Below, piece by piece: positions 1 to 8,931 of a stretch of DNA of 64,000 nucleotides (positions are counted from its first letter, which is position 1; each line of letters begins with the position of its first letter). Under the pieces are notes generated by a model, which searched no databases, was not told where the DNA came from, and saw only the letters and a program-made list of their open reading frames with translations. The DNA is from Anaerolineae bacterium (GTDB lineage Bacteria > Chloroflexota > Anaerolineae > JACRMK01), in the NCBI GenBank assembly GCA_038198935.1, contig JBBPZQ010000033.1, positions 1,484-65,483 on the forward strand. Direction: 5' to 3'. The position numbers and the translations under genes are program-made.

Positions 1-598
1 GTTTCGAGAAGCGCGTGGCGTGAAACGCGACGAGCCACGCGCTCGTCTCGAAGAAGCCGTAGGTGCGGCGCAGACGATAGCGATCCACACGCTCTAGCGG
101 CGCGTTCTCCATTTCAGACACGACCTCTTCCATCTCCTCGATACGCTCCAGCACTTCGCCCGGCGTGCGCGGCGCGTGAATGTCCGCATAGGTGCGGCGC
201 GACTGCGGGAACGTGACTTGATCGGACGGCAGTTGCGGAATCGTCGCAAAGGTCACATACGAATGCGCGAAGGCGAGCAGTTGCGTGCGCGGCAATTCGA
301 TCTCTTCGGACGGCATGAACTGCACGCCAAACACTTCTTCTGCACGTTTCCATTCGATCAAGATCGCCTTAACCAGATCGCGCAGTTCGCTCAGGCGCGG
401 CACATCCGACGCGCGCAGACTGACGACGAAGCCTTCGCGCACGTTGCCCAGATGATCGAGCGCGTGACTGAACGCCGCGTGTGCGTGATCGGGCAGGTTG
501 AGCTTTGGCGCGACAAGCCGATAGGCGAGACTGTCGCGCATCTCGCGTGCCACTGTCCCCACTTCAAGATATTCGATGAGGGAATCGAATAGTTCCAT
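1..598 (-). CDS. hypothetical protein, 5' end complete, 3' end runs off the window
   Basis: Manual translation of the minus strand from ATG at 598-596 gives about 199 codons with no stop (MELFDSLIEYLEVGTVAREMRDSLAYRLVAPKLNLP...YGFFETSAWLVAFHATRFSK). An AGGAG motif sits 7 nt upstream (rc of 601-612). The gene is absent from the ORF track, presumably because no stop lies inside the window. No family recognised. Confidence 0.45.
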   Translation of the reverse strand, partial: MELFDSLIEYLEVGTVAREMRDSLAYRLVAPKLNLPDHAHAAFSHALDHLGNVREGFVVSLRASDVPRLSELRDLVKAILIEWKRAEEVFGVQFMPSEEIELPRTQLLAFAHSYVTFATIPQLPSDQVTFPQSRRTYADIHAPRTPGEVLERIEEMEEVVSEMENAPLERVDRYRLRRTYGFFETSAWLVAFHATRFSK

Positions 599-792
599 AG
601 ATCGCTCCTGCGTCCGCCTTGCTGCGTACATTGTAGAGCATCTTTTACTGATTTCAAGTAAGCGGACGGACTCAGCCTGCCCGCTATATTCCGCCTTGCA
701 TATGCGAGGCGACTTCTAACAAATCCTCTACAACGTTCTGCGACGATTCTAACGCGCGCAGCCTAACATGAAATAGGATAAGTGGTGGAAGC

Positions 793-1035
793 ATGAACCC
801 ACACTGTGAAAATTGTGAGATCGAGATTCGCTGGCAGCCGACGCTCGTCGCGGCTCATAGCTATTGCTGTGACGGCTGCGCGGACGGCGGTCCCTGCATC
901 TGTGACTATGCCGCGCTGCCCGCACAAAACAGCGCACGGCCCCGTGCGCGTGATCCGCTTCCTTATCCCGTAGCAATTTCTAACACTTCTCCAACGGCTA
1001 TCAATTGCGCGTCTAACACGCGTCGGATAAATTGA
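793..1035 (+). CDS. SmtA/BmtA-like bacterial metallothionein (Cys-rich metal-binding protein)
   Basis: 80 aa: CENCEIEIRWQ...HSYCCDGCADGGPCICDY. The YCCDGCADGG segment matches the cyanobacterial SmtA signature YYCSEACADGH, and the N-terminal C-x2-C pairs resemble the SmtA Zn cluster. The Pro-rich C-terminal tail is atypical, so the true stop is uncertain. Confidence 0.45.
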   Translation: MNPHCENCEIEIRWQPTLVAAHSYCCDGCADGGPCICDYAALPAQNSARPRARDPLPYPVAISNTSPTAINCASNTRRIN

Positions 1036-1082
1036 AGTCAAACAAGCAAAACACTCAAGTGATTTCCTGAAGGAGGAAAAGT

Positions 1083-1559
1083 ATGGCAAACATTATTCGC
1101 TGGGAACCGTTCGATGATGTCGTTTCGCTGCGCGATGCGATGGATCGGCTGTTCGAGCAGTCGTTCATCCAGCCGCGCGTGATGGGCGCAGTGCGTGAAG
1201 GCATGATGGGCCAGCTGGCACTCGACGTGATCGAGAACCCGAACGAGTTCATCATCAAAGGGTCGGTGCCCGGACTCAAGCCCGAAGACATTGACATCAC
1301 CGTGCAGGGCGACACGCTGACCATCAAGGGACAGAGCAAGAGCGAGACGAAGCAGGAGAAGGAAAGCTACCTCTTGCAGGAGCGCCGCTTCGGTGCATTC
1401 CAGCGCTCCATTACATTGCCCGCCGGCGTGCAGGCTGACAAGGCGCATGCGGACTTCGACTACGGCGTGCTGACGCTGACGCTGCCGAAGGTCGAGGAAG
1501 TCAAGCCGAAGCAGATCAAGGTCGGCACACGCACGAACGGCAACACCCAGAACAAATAA
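1083..1559 (+). CDS. Hsp20/alpha-crystallin family small heat-shock protein
   Basis: 158 aa; the alpha-crystallin domain (FIIKGSVPGLKPEDIDITVQGDTLTIKG...GAFQRSITLP...DYGVLTLTLPK) is unmistakable. RBS GGAGGAAAAG lies before the ATG. A strong terminator follows. Confidence 0.92.
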   Translation: MANIIRWEPFDDVVSLRDAMDRLFEQSFIQPRVMGAVREGMMGQLALDVIENPNEFIIKGSVPGLKPEDIDITVQGDTLTIKGQSKSETKQEKESYLLQERRFGAFQRSITLPAGVQADKAHADFDYGVLTLTLPKVEEVKPKQIKVGTRTNGNTQNK

Positions 1560-1587
1560 CCACGCTGACATTCTCTCCTGAATGAAC

Positions 1588-1626
1588 GCGGCGAGGACAC
1601 ACTGTCCTCGCCGCGTTTTATTTTTA
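1588..1626 (+). terminator. rho-independent terminator after the Hsp20 gene
   Basis: Perfect 12-bp stem gcggcgaggaca/tgtcctcgccgc with a 3-nt loop, followed by gttttattttta. Confidence 0.75.
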
Positions 1627-1756
1627 TCTCTACACCAAGCATCTGAAACTCGACGGGCTTCGGAAGTTTAATGACCGTCAAAAGCAACGTCGCGCGTTTC
1701 CATAACCCGCGCGGTCATTGCGTTATAATGCGAGCATCTTTCTGTTGGAGTAAGCC

Positions 1757-2815
1757 GTGGACTCATATACGTTGTTGGAGCAGTTGTGCAACATTCCGGG
1801 CGTGTCGGGATTTGAGGACGACGTGCGCGAGCAGATTCTCGCATTGGTCACGCCGTTAGTGGACGAGGTGCGCGTGGACACGCTCGGCAATCTGATCGCG
1901 ACGCGGCGCGGCACGAGCGACTTCAAGTTGATGCTCGACGCGCACATGGACGAGATTGGCTTCATGGTGCAGCACGTGGACGAGCAGGGCTTCGTGCGCT
2001 TCACGCCGATCGGCGGCTGGGATGCGCGTCTGCTGCCGAGTCACTTGCTCACGATCATCACGCGCGACGGTAAGCGCGTCGAAGGCTTGATCGGCACGCA
2101 GCCGCCGCACATCTTGAAACCGTCTGACCGCGAGAAGGTGATTCAGATCGAAGACATGTTTCTCGACGTCGGTGCGATCTCGCGTGATGAAGTCACAGCG
2201 ATTGGCGTGCGCGTCGGCGACCCGATTGTGATTCACTACCCGTTCCGACGAATCGGCGCCGACAGCGTCGCAGGCAAAGCCTTGGATGATCGCGCGGGCT
2301 GTGCGGTCATCATTCAAACACTCGAAGCCTTGCGTGGCGCATCAGTGGACGCGACCATCAGCGCCGCATTCGTGGTCAGCGAGGAGCGCGGGTTGATAGG
2401 CGCGCGCACCGCCGCATTCCAGATCGAGCCAGACATGGCGATTGCAATCGAAGGCACCGTTGCCGCCGACATGCCGGGCGTGAGCGCGCAGCGGCAGCCA
2501 TCAGCGCTCGGCAAGGGACCCGCGCTTACGGTTGCCGACGGCAGCTTCATTGCGAAGCGCAAGATGGTGCGCGCGCTCGAAACTATCGCGGATCGCGAAG
2601 GCATTCCGTATCAAATCAAAGTCCCGCCCTACGGCGGGACCGATGCAGGCGCGATTCATCAATCGCGCGGCGGCGTGTTGAGCGGCGTCATCTCCGTGCC
2701 TTGCCGCTACATCCACTCGCCGTTCAACGTGTGCCGACTGAGCGACTTCGACAACTCGTGGAAGTTGCTGACCGCATTTTGTATGGAAGCCACTAAAGTG
2801 ATGGGTGGCAAGTGA
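1757..2815 (+). CDS. M42 family aminopeptidase (FrvX/YsdC-type, glutamyl aminopeptidase-like)
   Basis: 352 aa with a GTG start. M42 hallmarks are present: LDAHMDEIGFMV, GKALDDRAGCAV, VSEERGLIGA, IAIEGTVAAD. A TATAAT box lies at 1724-1729. Confidence 0.85.
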   Translation: MDSYTLLEQLCNIPGVSGFEDDVREQILALVTPLVDEVRVDTLGNLIATRRGTSDFKLMLDAHMDEIGFMVQHVDEQGFVRFTPIGGWDARLLPSHLLTIITRDGKRVEGLIGTQPPHILKPSDREKVIQIEDMFLDVGAISRDEVTAIGVRVGDPIVIHYPFRRIGADSVAGKALDDRAGCAVIIQTLEALRGASVDATISAAFVVSEERGLIGARTAAFQIEPDMAIAIEGTVAADMPGVSAQRQPSALGKGPALTVADGSFIAKRKMVRALETIADREGIPYQIKVPPYGGTDAGAIHQSRGGVLSGVISVPCRYIHSPFNVCRLSDFDNSWKLLTAFCMEATKVMGGK

Positions 2816-3094
2816 CGAGCGGGGAGCATTTAGTCGCTCGTCGCAAACTCGCTGGTTGCATCGTTTCGTTGGTGCGCGTTCACCACTATCCAGTGGATGC
2901 TTGCCGCGGATTCGTTCTCGTCGCGCGGCGCGATGAGAGCAATCGCGCCGCAGCGCGCGCAACTTGCCGCGTGGTCAAGCGACGATATGAACGTGAGCTG
3001 ATGTTCACAACAGTTTTGCGAATGAGAAGCAATCACAAGATTCCCAATCATGGACGGCAGTCAATGGTCGAGTCCCAGTCGTCAACCGTTCGTC

Positions 3095-4306
3095 TTACGT
3101 CCGATACTCCGCGTTGATGCTGACGTACTCGTGCGATAGATCGCACGTCCACATCGTCGCGCTCTCGTCACCCATGCCCAGGTCGAGCGTGATCGCGACT
3201 TCGTTCTGAGACAGATATTGCAGGGCGTCCTCTTCTGAGAAGGGCAGGGGCGTCCCCGCTTTCAATAACTGCAAGTTGCCGAATGATAAGTTGATCAGCG
3301 TCGGATTGATGGGCACGCCGCTGCGCCCCGCCGCCGCCAGCACGCGTCCCCAGTTCGCATCGCGTCCGTAGACCGCCGTCTTGACGAGCGCGGACGTTGC
3401 GATGCTGTTCGCCACTTGATGGGCTGCCTCTTCGCTCGGCGCGCCGCTCACGGTCAGCGTGATGAACTTGGTCGCGCCTTCGCCGTCCTTCACAATCTTC
3501 TTCGCCAGTTCCATACACACAAAGTTCAACGCGGCTTGAAACTCGTCAGCATCCGGCGTGATGCCGCTCGCGCCATTGGCAAGCAGTGCGAGCGTGTCGT
3601 TGGTGCTGGTGTCGCCGTCCACGCTGATGCGATTGAAACTGCACTGCACGGCGCGCGTCAACATCGTCTGCAATGGCTCGCGCTCGATCTGCGCGTCGGA
3701 CGTCAGCACGGCAAGCATCGTCGCCATGTTCGGATGAATCATGCCCGCGCCCTTGCACATGCCGGCAATCGTCACGCCGCCAACGTTGACCGATACCTCT
3801 TTCGGCTGCGTGTCCGTCGTCATGATCGCGCGCGCCGCCGCGTGACCGCCGTCGTGCGACAGTTCTTTGATCGCGGCGCGAATGCCGCGCACCAGATTCG
3901 GCATTGGCAGCTGCACGCCGATCACGCCGGTGGACATGACGAGCACGCGGCCCGACGAGATACCCAACTCCGTCGCGGCGAAGTCGGCGGTCATGTGGGC
4001 GTTGTCTGCGCCTTCTTTGCCGGTGACCGCATTCGCATTGCCGCTGTTGATCACGACGGCTTGTATGCGGTCGCCATGCGAAGCGATGTGCTCCTTGCAT
4101 ACTTGTATCGGCGCGGCTTGCACGCGATTGGTCGTGAACAGCGCCGCGCACGCGGCCGGCGCGTCGCTCATCAGCAGCGCGACATCGGGCGCGCCAGACT
4201 TCTTGATGTTGGCGGCGACGCCGCTCGCGCGAAAACCTTTTGGCGAGGTGAGCGAGCCGTCGGCGATTATGTCCATTTTCATTTGCGTGACTTCAGCAGT
4301 GGTCAT
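3095..4306 (-). CDS. argJ: bifunctional glutamate N-acetyltransferase / amino-acid N-acetyltransferase ArgJ
   Basis: 403 aa. The ArgJ autoproteolysis/active-site region (PNMATMLAVLTSDA) is present, and the protein resembles ArgJ over its full length. The start overlaps the upstream GNAT stop as ATGA. Confidence 0.92.
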   Translation of the reverse strand: MTTAEVTQMKMDIIADGSLTSPKGFRASGVAANIKKSGAPDVALLMSDAPAACAALFTTNRVQAAPIQVCKEHIASHGDRIQAVVINSGNANAVTGKEGADNAHMTADFAATELGISSGRVLVMSTGVIGVQLPMPNLVRGIRAAIKELSHDGGHAAARAIMTTDTQPKEVSVNVGGVTIAGMCKGAGMIHPNMATMLAVLTSDAQIEREPLQTMLTRAVQCSFNRISVDGDTSTNDTLALLANGASGITPDADEFQAALNFVCMELAKKIVKDGEGATKFITLTVSGAPSEEAAHQVANSIATSALVKTAVYGRDANWGRVLAAAGRSGVPINPTLINLSFGNLQLLKAGTPLPFSEEDALQYLSQNEVAITLDLGMGDESATMWTCDLSHEYVSINAEYRT

Positions 4307-4818
4307 GTTTCTCTCGGTGATTTAAGGTATCGTAGCACGGCGGTCTCGTGGCAGTTGTACAGGAACGGACAGATGATGCAGTCGCCCCAAACTTTTTGCG
4401 GCAGCACCGACTTCTTGACGACGTGGAAGCCAAGCTTCTCGAAGAAGCGCACTTGCAGCGTCAGCGCGAACGCATAGTCAAATGCGCGCGCCACGCCATC
4501 CTCAACCAGTTGATTGACGATCTGTTTTCCGAGTCCTTGGCCCGCATATTCTTCGGCGACGGCGAGCGAGCGCACCTCCGCGCTCTCTTTGTCCCACGCG
4601 TGCAGCGCGCCGCACGCGATCACTTTGCTCATCGTTTCGGCGACGATGAACTCGTGGACATTCTGCCGCACGGAATCTTCTTTGCGCGGCAGCATCTGGC
4701 CCAACGCGGCGTAGTGATTGATGAGCGCGGCGATTTCGCTCACGTCGCGCTCATCGGCACGGCGCAGCAGCGGTGCAACGACGTGAGCGCGCGGCGAGTG
4801 CAAGACAATCGTGGTCAT
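4303..4818 (-). CDS. GNAT family N-acetyltransferase (short ArgA-like acetyltransferase domain)
   Basis: GNAT acetyl-CoA motif (AVAEEYAGQGLGKQIV) and its position inside the arg operon. The start is ambiguous: ATG at 4818 or TTG at 4845. It is translationally coupled to argJ. Confidence 0.7.
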   Translation of the reverse strand: MTTIVLHSPRAHVVAPLLRRADERDVSEIAALINHYAALGQMLPRKEDSVRQNVHEFIVAETMSKVIACGALHAWDKESAEVRSLAVAEEYAGQGLGKQIVNQLVEDGVARAFDYAFALTLQVRFFEKLGFHVVKKSVLPQKVWGDCIICPFLYNCHETAVLRYLKSPRET

Positions 4819-4855
4819 GGATTCATTGATGTAGCGACGTTGCAATGCGACGTCG

Positions 4856-6073
4856 CTACACTTGCGCGCCGTCGCTGCTCATCTCCGAGAGCAGCGTGCC
4901 GAATTTGTCGGCGAACTCGTCAATGTTCTTTTCATCCACTATGAGCGGCGGCACGAGGCGGATCGTCTGCTCGCCTGCGTTGACGAGAATCAGTCCGTGC
5001 TCGTAACCTTTGTTCACGATCTGGCCGGAGTCCACCGTCACGTCAATGCCCCACATCAATCCGCGCCCACGCACGTCTGTGATCAGGATCGGGAACTCCG
5101 CCTTGAGCGCATCTAACTTCTCGCGGAGGTACGCACCTTGCGTATTGACGCGCTGCATGAATTGCGGATCGCTCAACTTGCCGAACACGACTTCGGCGAC
5201 GGCGCAGATGGTTGCGTTCGCGGCGAAGGTGCTGCCGTGATCGCCAGGCTCCATCGCCGACGCAATCTGGTCCGTCATCAATACTGCGCCAATGGGCAAG
5301 CCGCCGCCGAGCGGTTTCGCCAGCGTCATGATGTCGGGCGTGACGCCGTACCACTCGTGCGCCCACAACTTGCCGGTGCGCGACAAACCGCACTGCACCT
5401 CGTCGAAGATAAGCACCGCGTTGTGCTGATCGCACAAGTCGCGCACGCCTTGCAAAAAGTCTTGGGTGGCGATGTTGATGCCGCCTTCGCCTTGAATCGG
5501 CTCGACCATGACGGCGCAAGTGTTGTCGCCGATGACAGCCTTCACGGAGTCGAGGTCGTTGAACTCGGCGAAGCGCACGGGCGTGAGCAGCGGCTCGAAC
5601 GGTGCGCGATATTTTTCTTTGGCGGTCAATGCGAGCGAGCCAAAGGTGCGACCGTGAAACGAATGCGAGAACGAGACGAACTCGCACTTCTCGCCGTTGA
5701 AGTTTTTGCGCGACCACTTGCGCGCAAACTTCATCGCGCCTTCGTTGGCTTCGGTGCCCGAATTGGTGAAGAACACTTTCTTGGCAAAAGACTTTTCGCA
5801 CAGCGACTTGGCGAGGCGGATCATCGGCGCGGTGTAATACAAGTTCGAGGTGTGCATCAACTTGTGCGACTGCTGCTCAATCGTGGCGAGCACGTCCTTA
5901 TCGCCGTAGCCGAGCGCGTTGACGGCGATACCGGCTGTGAGGTCGAGATACTGCTTGCCCTCCGCGTCGTACAGGTACACGCCCTCGCCATGATCGAGCA
6001 CGAACGGCGGACGCTTGTACGTTTGCAGCACGTACTGCTTTTCTTCCGCGATTAGTTCTTGCGTATTCGACAT
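4856..6073 (-). CDS. argD: acetylornithine aminotransferase
   Basis: Class-III PLP aminotransferase motifs (FTNSGTEANEGAMKFARKW, DEVQCGLSRTGKLWA). ATG at 6073 has GGAGA 5 nt upstream. The ORF-track extension to GTG at 6130 reads through a palindromic repeat and is probably not translated. Confidence 0.9.
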   Translation of the reverse strand: MSNTQELIAEEKQYVLQTYKRPPFVLDHGEGVYLYDAEGKQYLDLTAGIAVNALGYGDKDVLATIEQQSHKLMHTSNLYYTAPMIRLAKSLCEKSFAKKVFFTNSGTEANEGAMKFARKWSRKNFNGEKCEFVSFSHSFHGRTFGSLALTAKEKYRAPFEPLLTPVRFAEFNDLDSVKAVIGDNTCAVMVEPIQGEGGINIATQDFLQGVRDLCDQHNAVLIFDEVQCGLSRTGKLWAHEWYGVTPDIMTLAKPLGGGLPIGAVLMTDQIASAMEPGDHGSTFAANATICAVAEVVFGKLSDPQFMQRVNTQGAYLREKLDALKAEFPILITDVRGRGLMWGIDVTVDSGQIVNKGYEHGLILVNAGEQTIRLVPPLIVDEKNIDEFADKFGTLLSEMSSDGAQV

Positions 6074-6097
6074 CGTGGTCTCCTGAACATTAGGTAT

Positions 6098-6145
6098 GAG
6101 TCCTGAGTGCTGAGTCCTGAGAAGTCCCACTCAGGACTCAGCACT
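6098..6145. repeat. palindromic tandem-octamer element (GAGTCCTGAG family) at the argB/argD junction
   Basis: gagtcctgagtgctgagtcctgagaagtcccactcaggactcagcact: tandem units plus their inverted copies. The left and right arms are reverse complements. Confidence 0.6.
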
Positions 6146-6884
6146 GGATGACAGTTCCCGTTCCGTTCCGCAGTCCATCTAAATCGCAAATCACTACTGA
6201 CTTCACGCCGGCGCTGATGGCTTCGACGGCTGACTTCACTTTCGGAATCATGCCGCCGCTGATCTGGCCCGATGCGATGTGCTCGTCAATCTCGGCGGGC
6301 GTGAGCTGAGATACGATGGCGCCATTGAGTTGCACGCCGGGCACGTTGGTCACAAAGATCAGCGCGTCGGCGTTCATCGCCTTGGCGACCGCGAGCGCAA
6401 CGTGATCGGCGTTGATGTTGTAGGCGTGCCCGTCACTGCCCACGCCGATCGGCGCAATGACGGGCACGATGTGCTCTTTCATGAAAAGTTTGAGCGCGTC
6501 CGCGTTGACGTGCGTGATGCTGCCGACGAACAACAAGTCGCCTTGCTGAATGCGCAATGGCTCACAGCGCATCAGGTTCAGGTCTGCGCCGCTCAGTCCG
6601 ATCGCTTGCGCGCCGGCATTGTTCAGCGTGCGCACCAAGCGCTTGTTGATCGTCCCGCCCAGCACCATCTCGACGATTTGCAGCGACGCTTCGTCGGTCA
6701 CGCGCAAGCCTTCAACGAAGCGCGGCGCGATGCCGAGTCTGGTTTGCAGCGCGGCGATCTCTTTGCCGCCGCCATGCACGATGATCGGCGGCGACGACTG
6801 TGTCGCAATGATCTGAGCGAATTGCTGTAGGAACTCTGGCGAGTCAATCTCGTTGCCGCCGAGCTTTATGACATTCATGGCCAC
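6138..6884 (-). CDS. argB: acetylglutamate kinase
   Basis: 248 aa; amino-acid kinase family (VIKLGG...HGGG, NINADHVALAVA, GGMIPKV). Confidence 0.92.
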   Translation of the reverse strand: MAMNVIKLGGNEIDSPEFLQQFAQIIATQSSPPIIVHGGGKEIAALQTRLGIAPRFVEGLRVTDEASLQIVEMVLGGTINKRLVRTLNNAGAQAIGLSGADLNLMRCEPLRIQQGDLLFVGSITHVNADALKLFMKEHIVPVIAPIGVGSDGHAYNINADHVALAVAKAMNADALIFVTNVPGVQLNGAIVSQLTPAEIDEHIASGQISGGMIPKVKSAVEAISAGVKSVVICDLDGLRNGTGTVIQC

Positions 6885-6895
6885 GCTATCGGTTC

Positions 6896-6952
6896 GAGGA
6901 TTTCAGATGCAAGGGACAACCTGAAATCTGATATTTGCAATCTGAATTCATA
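6896..6952. repeat. hairpin element of the AATCTGAAATCTG family filling the argC-argB intergenic space
   Basis: atttcagatgcaagggacaacctgaaatctgatatttgcaatctgaattc. Shares tgcaatctgaa / tttcagat units with the elements at 23947-24003 and 25576-25636. Confidence 0.55.
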
Positions 6953-7955
6953 GTAGCCCCGCAGTTTCCTCCAACCCGCACATCACATTCATATTCTGCA
7001 CCGCTTGGCCACTCGCGCCTTTGATAAGATTGTCGAGCGCACTGACGATAATCGCAGTTCCGTTGACGGCGGTGAGCGAGATGACGCATTGATTGTTGCC
7101 GATCACGTAGCGCATGTTCGCCAGTTTGCCCGGCGGCAGCACCTTGACGAACGGCTCAGCTTCGTAGGTCGTGCGATACAAACCGATGAGTGCGTTCGTG
7201 TCGAGATGCTCGGTCGGCTGCACGTAGATCGTCGCGAGCATGCCTTGATTGATTGGCACCAGATGCGGCGCAAACACAATCTTCGTTGGCTTGCCGGCCG
7301 CGCGTGACAACTCTTGTTCGATCTCCGGAACGTGGCGATGCGCGTGCCCAATGTTGTAGGGCGACAAGTTCTCGTGTGCCTCGACGAAATGATGCATCAG
7401 GGCCGGCTTGCGACCTGCGCCCGATACGCCGGACTTCGCGTCAATAATGATCGGCGCGTCGCCAAGCAGCCCGGCTTTGGCGAGCGGATACACGCCAAGG
7501 ATCGAGCACGTCGGATAGCAGCCCGGATTGCAAATGAGCCGCGCATTCTGGATGTGCGCGCGATTGAGCTCGACCAAGCCGTATACCGCTTCGGCGAGCA
7601 ACTGCGGCGCGAGATGCTCGTGCGCGTACCACTGCTTGTAGTCGTCAGGCGACTTTAGGCGAAAGTCCGCGCTCAGATCAATCACGCGCACGCCCGCGTC
7701 GAGCAACGTCTTCGCTTGCACCATCGCCGCTGTGTGCGGCAGACACAAGAATGCGATATCTATGTCGGTGATCGGTGCCGCATCCATCGCGACCAATTCC
7801 AACTCGTCCGTCGTCGGATACACATCGGCGAGCGTCTGGCCGCTCGAACTTTCGCTCGTGCCGAACGCAACCTCGACGTGCGGATGTCGCCGCAGGATTT
7901 TTAACAACTCGATGCCCGTATAGCCCGACGCTCCGAAGATGCCGACTCTGATCAT
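6948..7955 (-). CDS. argC: N-acetyl-gamma-glutamyl-phosphate reductase
   Basis: N-terminus MIRVGIFGASGYTGIELLKIL (Rossmann fold); catalytic Cys region (NPGCYPT). ATG at 7955. The ORF-track upstream extension is unsupported. Confidence 0.9.
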   Translation of the reverse strand: MIRVGIFGASGYTGIELLKILRRHPHVEVAFGTSESSSGQTLADVYPTTDELELVAMDAAPITDIDIAFLCLPHTAAMVQAKTLLDAGVRVIDLSADFRLKSPDDYKQWYAHEHLAPQLLAEAVYGLVELNRAHIQNARLICNPGCYPTCSILGVYPLAKAGLLGDAPIIIDAKSGVSGAGRKPALMHHFVEAHENLSPYNIGHAHRHVPEIEQELSRAAGKPTKIVFAPHLVPINQGMLATIYVQPTEHLDTNALIGLYRTTYEAEPFVKVLPPGKLANMRYVIGNNQCVISLTAVNGTAIIVSALDNLIKGASGQAVQNMNVMCGLEETAGLL

Positions 7956-7977
7956 GGTTCGCTCCGCGAGGGAGGTT

Positions 7978-8090
7978 AGGGACTTGAGACCGGAGGTTGG
8001 CATACTTCAGTCTCCGGTCTCCCATCACCCATCTCCAGATAACAAAAATCCCAGACTTGAGTCTGGGATGTGTTCGCATACGACGGACGC
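7978..8090. repeat. two hairpins (GGGACTTGAG family) in the arg operon leader / divergent promoter region
   Basis: gagaccggagg...tctccggtctc (7986-8021) and atcccagacttgagtctgggat (8048-8069). Units resemble the deoA insertions. Confidence 0.5.
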
Positions 8091-8262
8091 GCCTAACAAG
8101 CACATCCAGACACAAGGTCTGGCAAGTTGCTAGGTCGTCGGCTCAGTGATTCGATATTCATGGTCGTGTATTCCATCGAAACTGGCATCATTATAGCAAT
8201 GCGCAGTTTCGCTGTCAATCTTATGTTATAATCGGCTGAGGCATTTTAAGGTTGAGGAGCCG

Positions 8263-8931
8263 ATGTCGCCTGACTTCATTCTGAATTTTCTCCGCATTCT
8301 GATCGTCATCTTCATTTCGATTGACATCCACGAGTTCAGTCACGCGCTCACGGCGACGTGGCTCGGCGATGACCTGCCGCGCTATCAAGGACGCCTCACG
8401 CTCAATCCGCTTGCGCACCTCGACCCCATGGGCACGCTGATGATCGTGATGAGCTCGTTGAGCGGCTTTGGCTTCGGTTGGGGGCGACCCGTGCAAGTCA
8501 ACCCCGTTCGTTTGCGCTATGGACCCGCGGTCGGCATGGGCATCGTAGCTATCGCCGGTCCCATTTCCAATCTAGTGTTGGCGACGCTTGCCGCGATTGG
8601 CTATCATGTCGTCAGCCTTGCGGGACTGATGAGCAACAACGCCTTCCAATTCTTTTTGACGTTCATGTTGGTCAACGTCGGACTAGCGCTGTTCAATCTG
8701 ATTCCGATATTCCCACTCGACGGCTTTCGCGTTGCGCTGGCGCTGCTGCGGCTCGTGCGTGGACGCACCGCTATGCAAATTGCCTATCGGCTGGAGAGCA
8801 CTGCCGCCTACGGTCCTACGCTCTTCATCTTACTGATATTGGCTGACCAAGTTCTGCCATTCAATTTCTTGGGTACGCTGATTGGCGGTCCGTCCTCATT
8901 TTTGATTCGCGTGCTCTTGGGGCGAATTTGA
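8263..8931 (+). CDS. site-2 protease family (M50) zinc metalloprotease, membrane-embedded
   Basis: HEFSHAL (HExxH) lies in TM1. A second motif FNLIPIFPLDG (LDG) is present. Multiple hydrophobic helices. TATAAT at 8227-8232. Confidence 0.8.
   Translation: MSPDFILNFLRILIVIFISIDIHEFSHALTATWLGDDLPRYQGRLTLNPLAHLDPMGTLMIVMSSLSGFGFGWGRPVQVNPVRLRYGPAVGMGIVAIAGPISNLVLATLAAIGYHVVSLAGLMSNNAFQFFLTFMLVNVGLALFNLIPIFPLDGFRVALALLRLVRGRTAMQIAYRLESTAAYGPTLFILLILADQVLPFNFLGTLIGGPSSFLIRVLLGRI

Noticed and set aside
176-592. 138-aa plus-strand ORF (Arg-rich)
   Set aside because: It is antisense to a much better minus-strand gene with an RBS. Its composition is typical of spurious high-GC frames.
1036-1082. CIRCE/HrcA operator upstream of Hsp20
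   Set aside because: There is no TTAGCACTC-N9-GAGTGCTAA inverted repeat. Only a short imperfect palindrome cactcaagtg is present.
5043-5801. 252-aa Arg-rich minus-strand ORF, and similar ones at 3546-4151, 20686-21600, 18154-18537 and others
   Set aside because: They overlap confidently assigned genes (argD, argJ, ABC exporters) in other frames. They are low complexity with R/H/A-rich composition and have no RBS.
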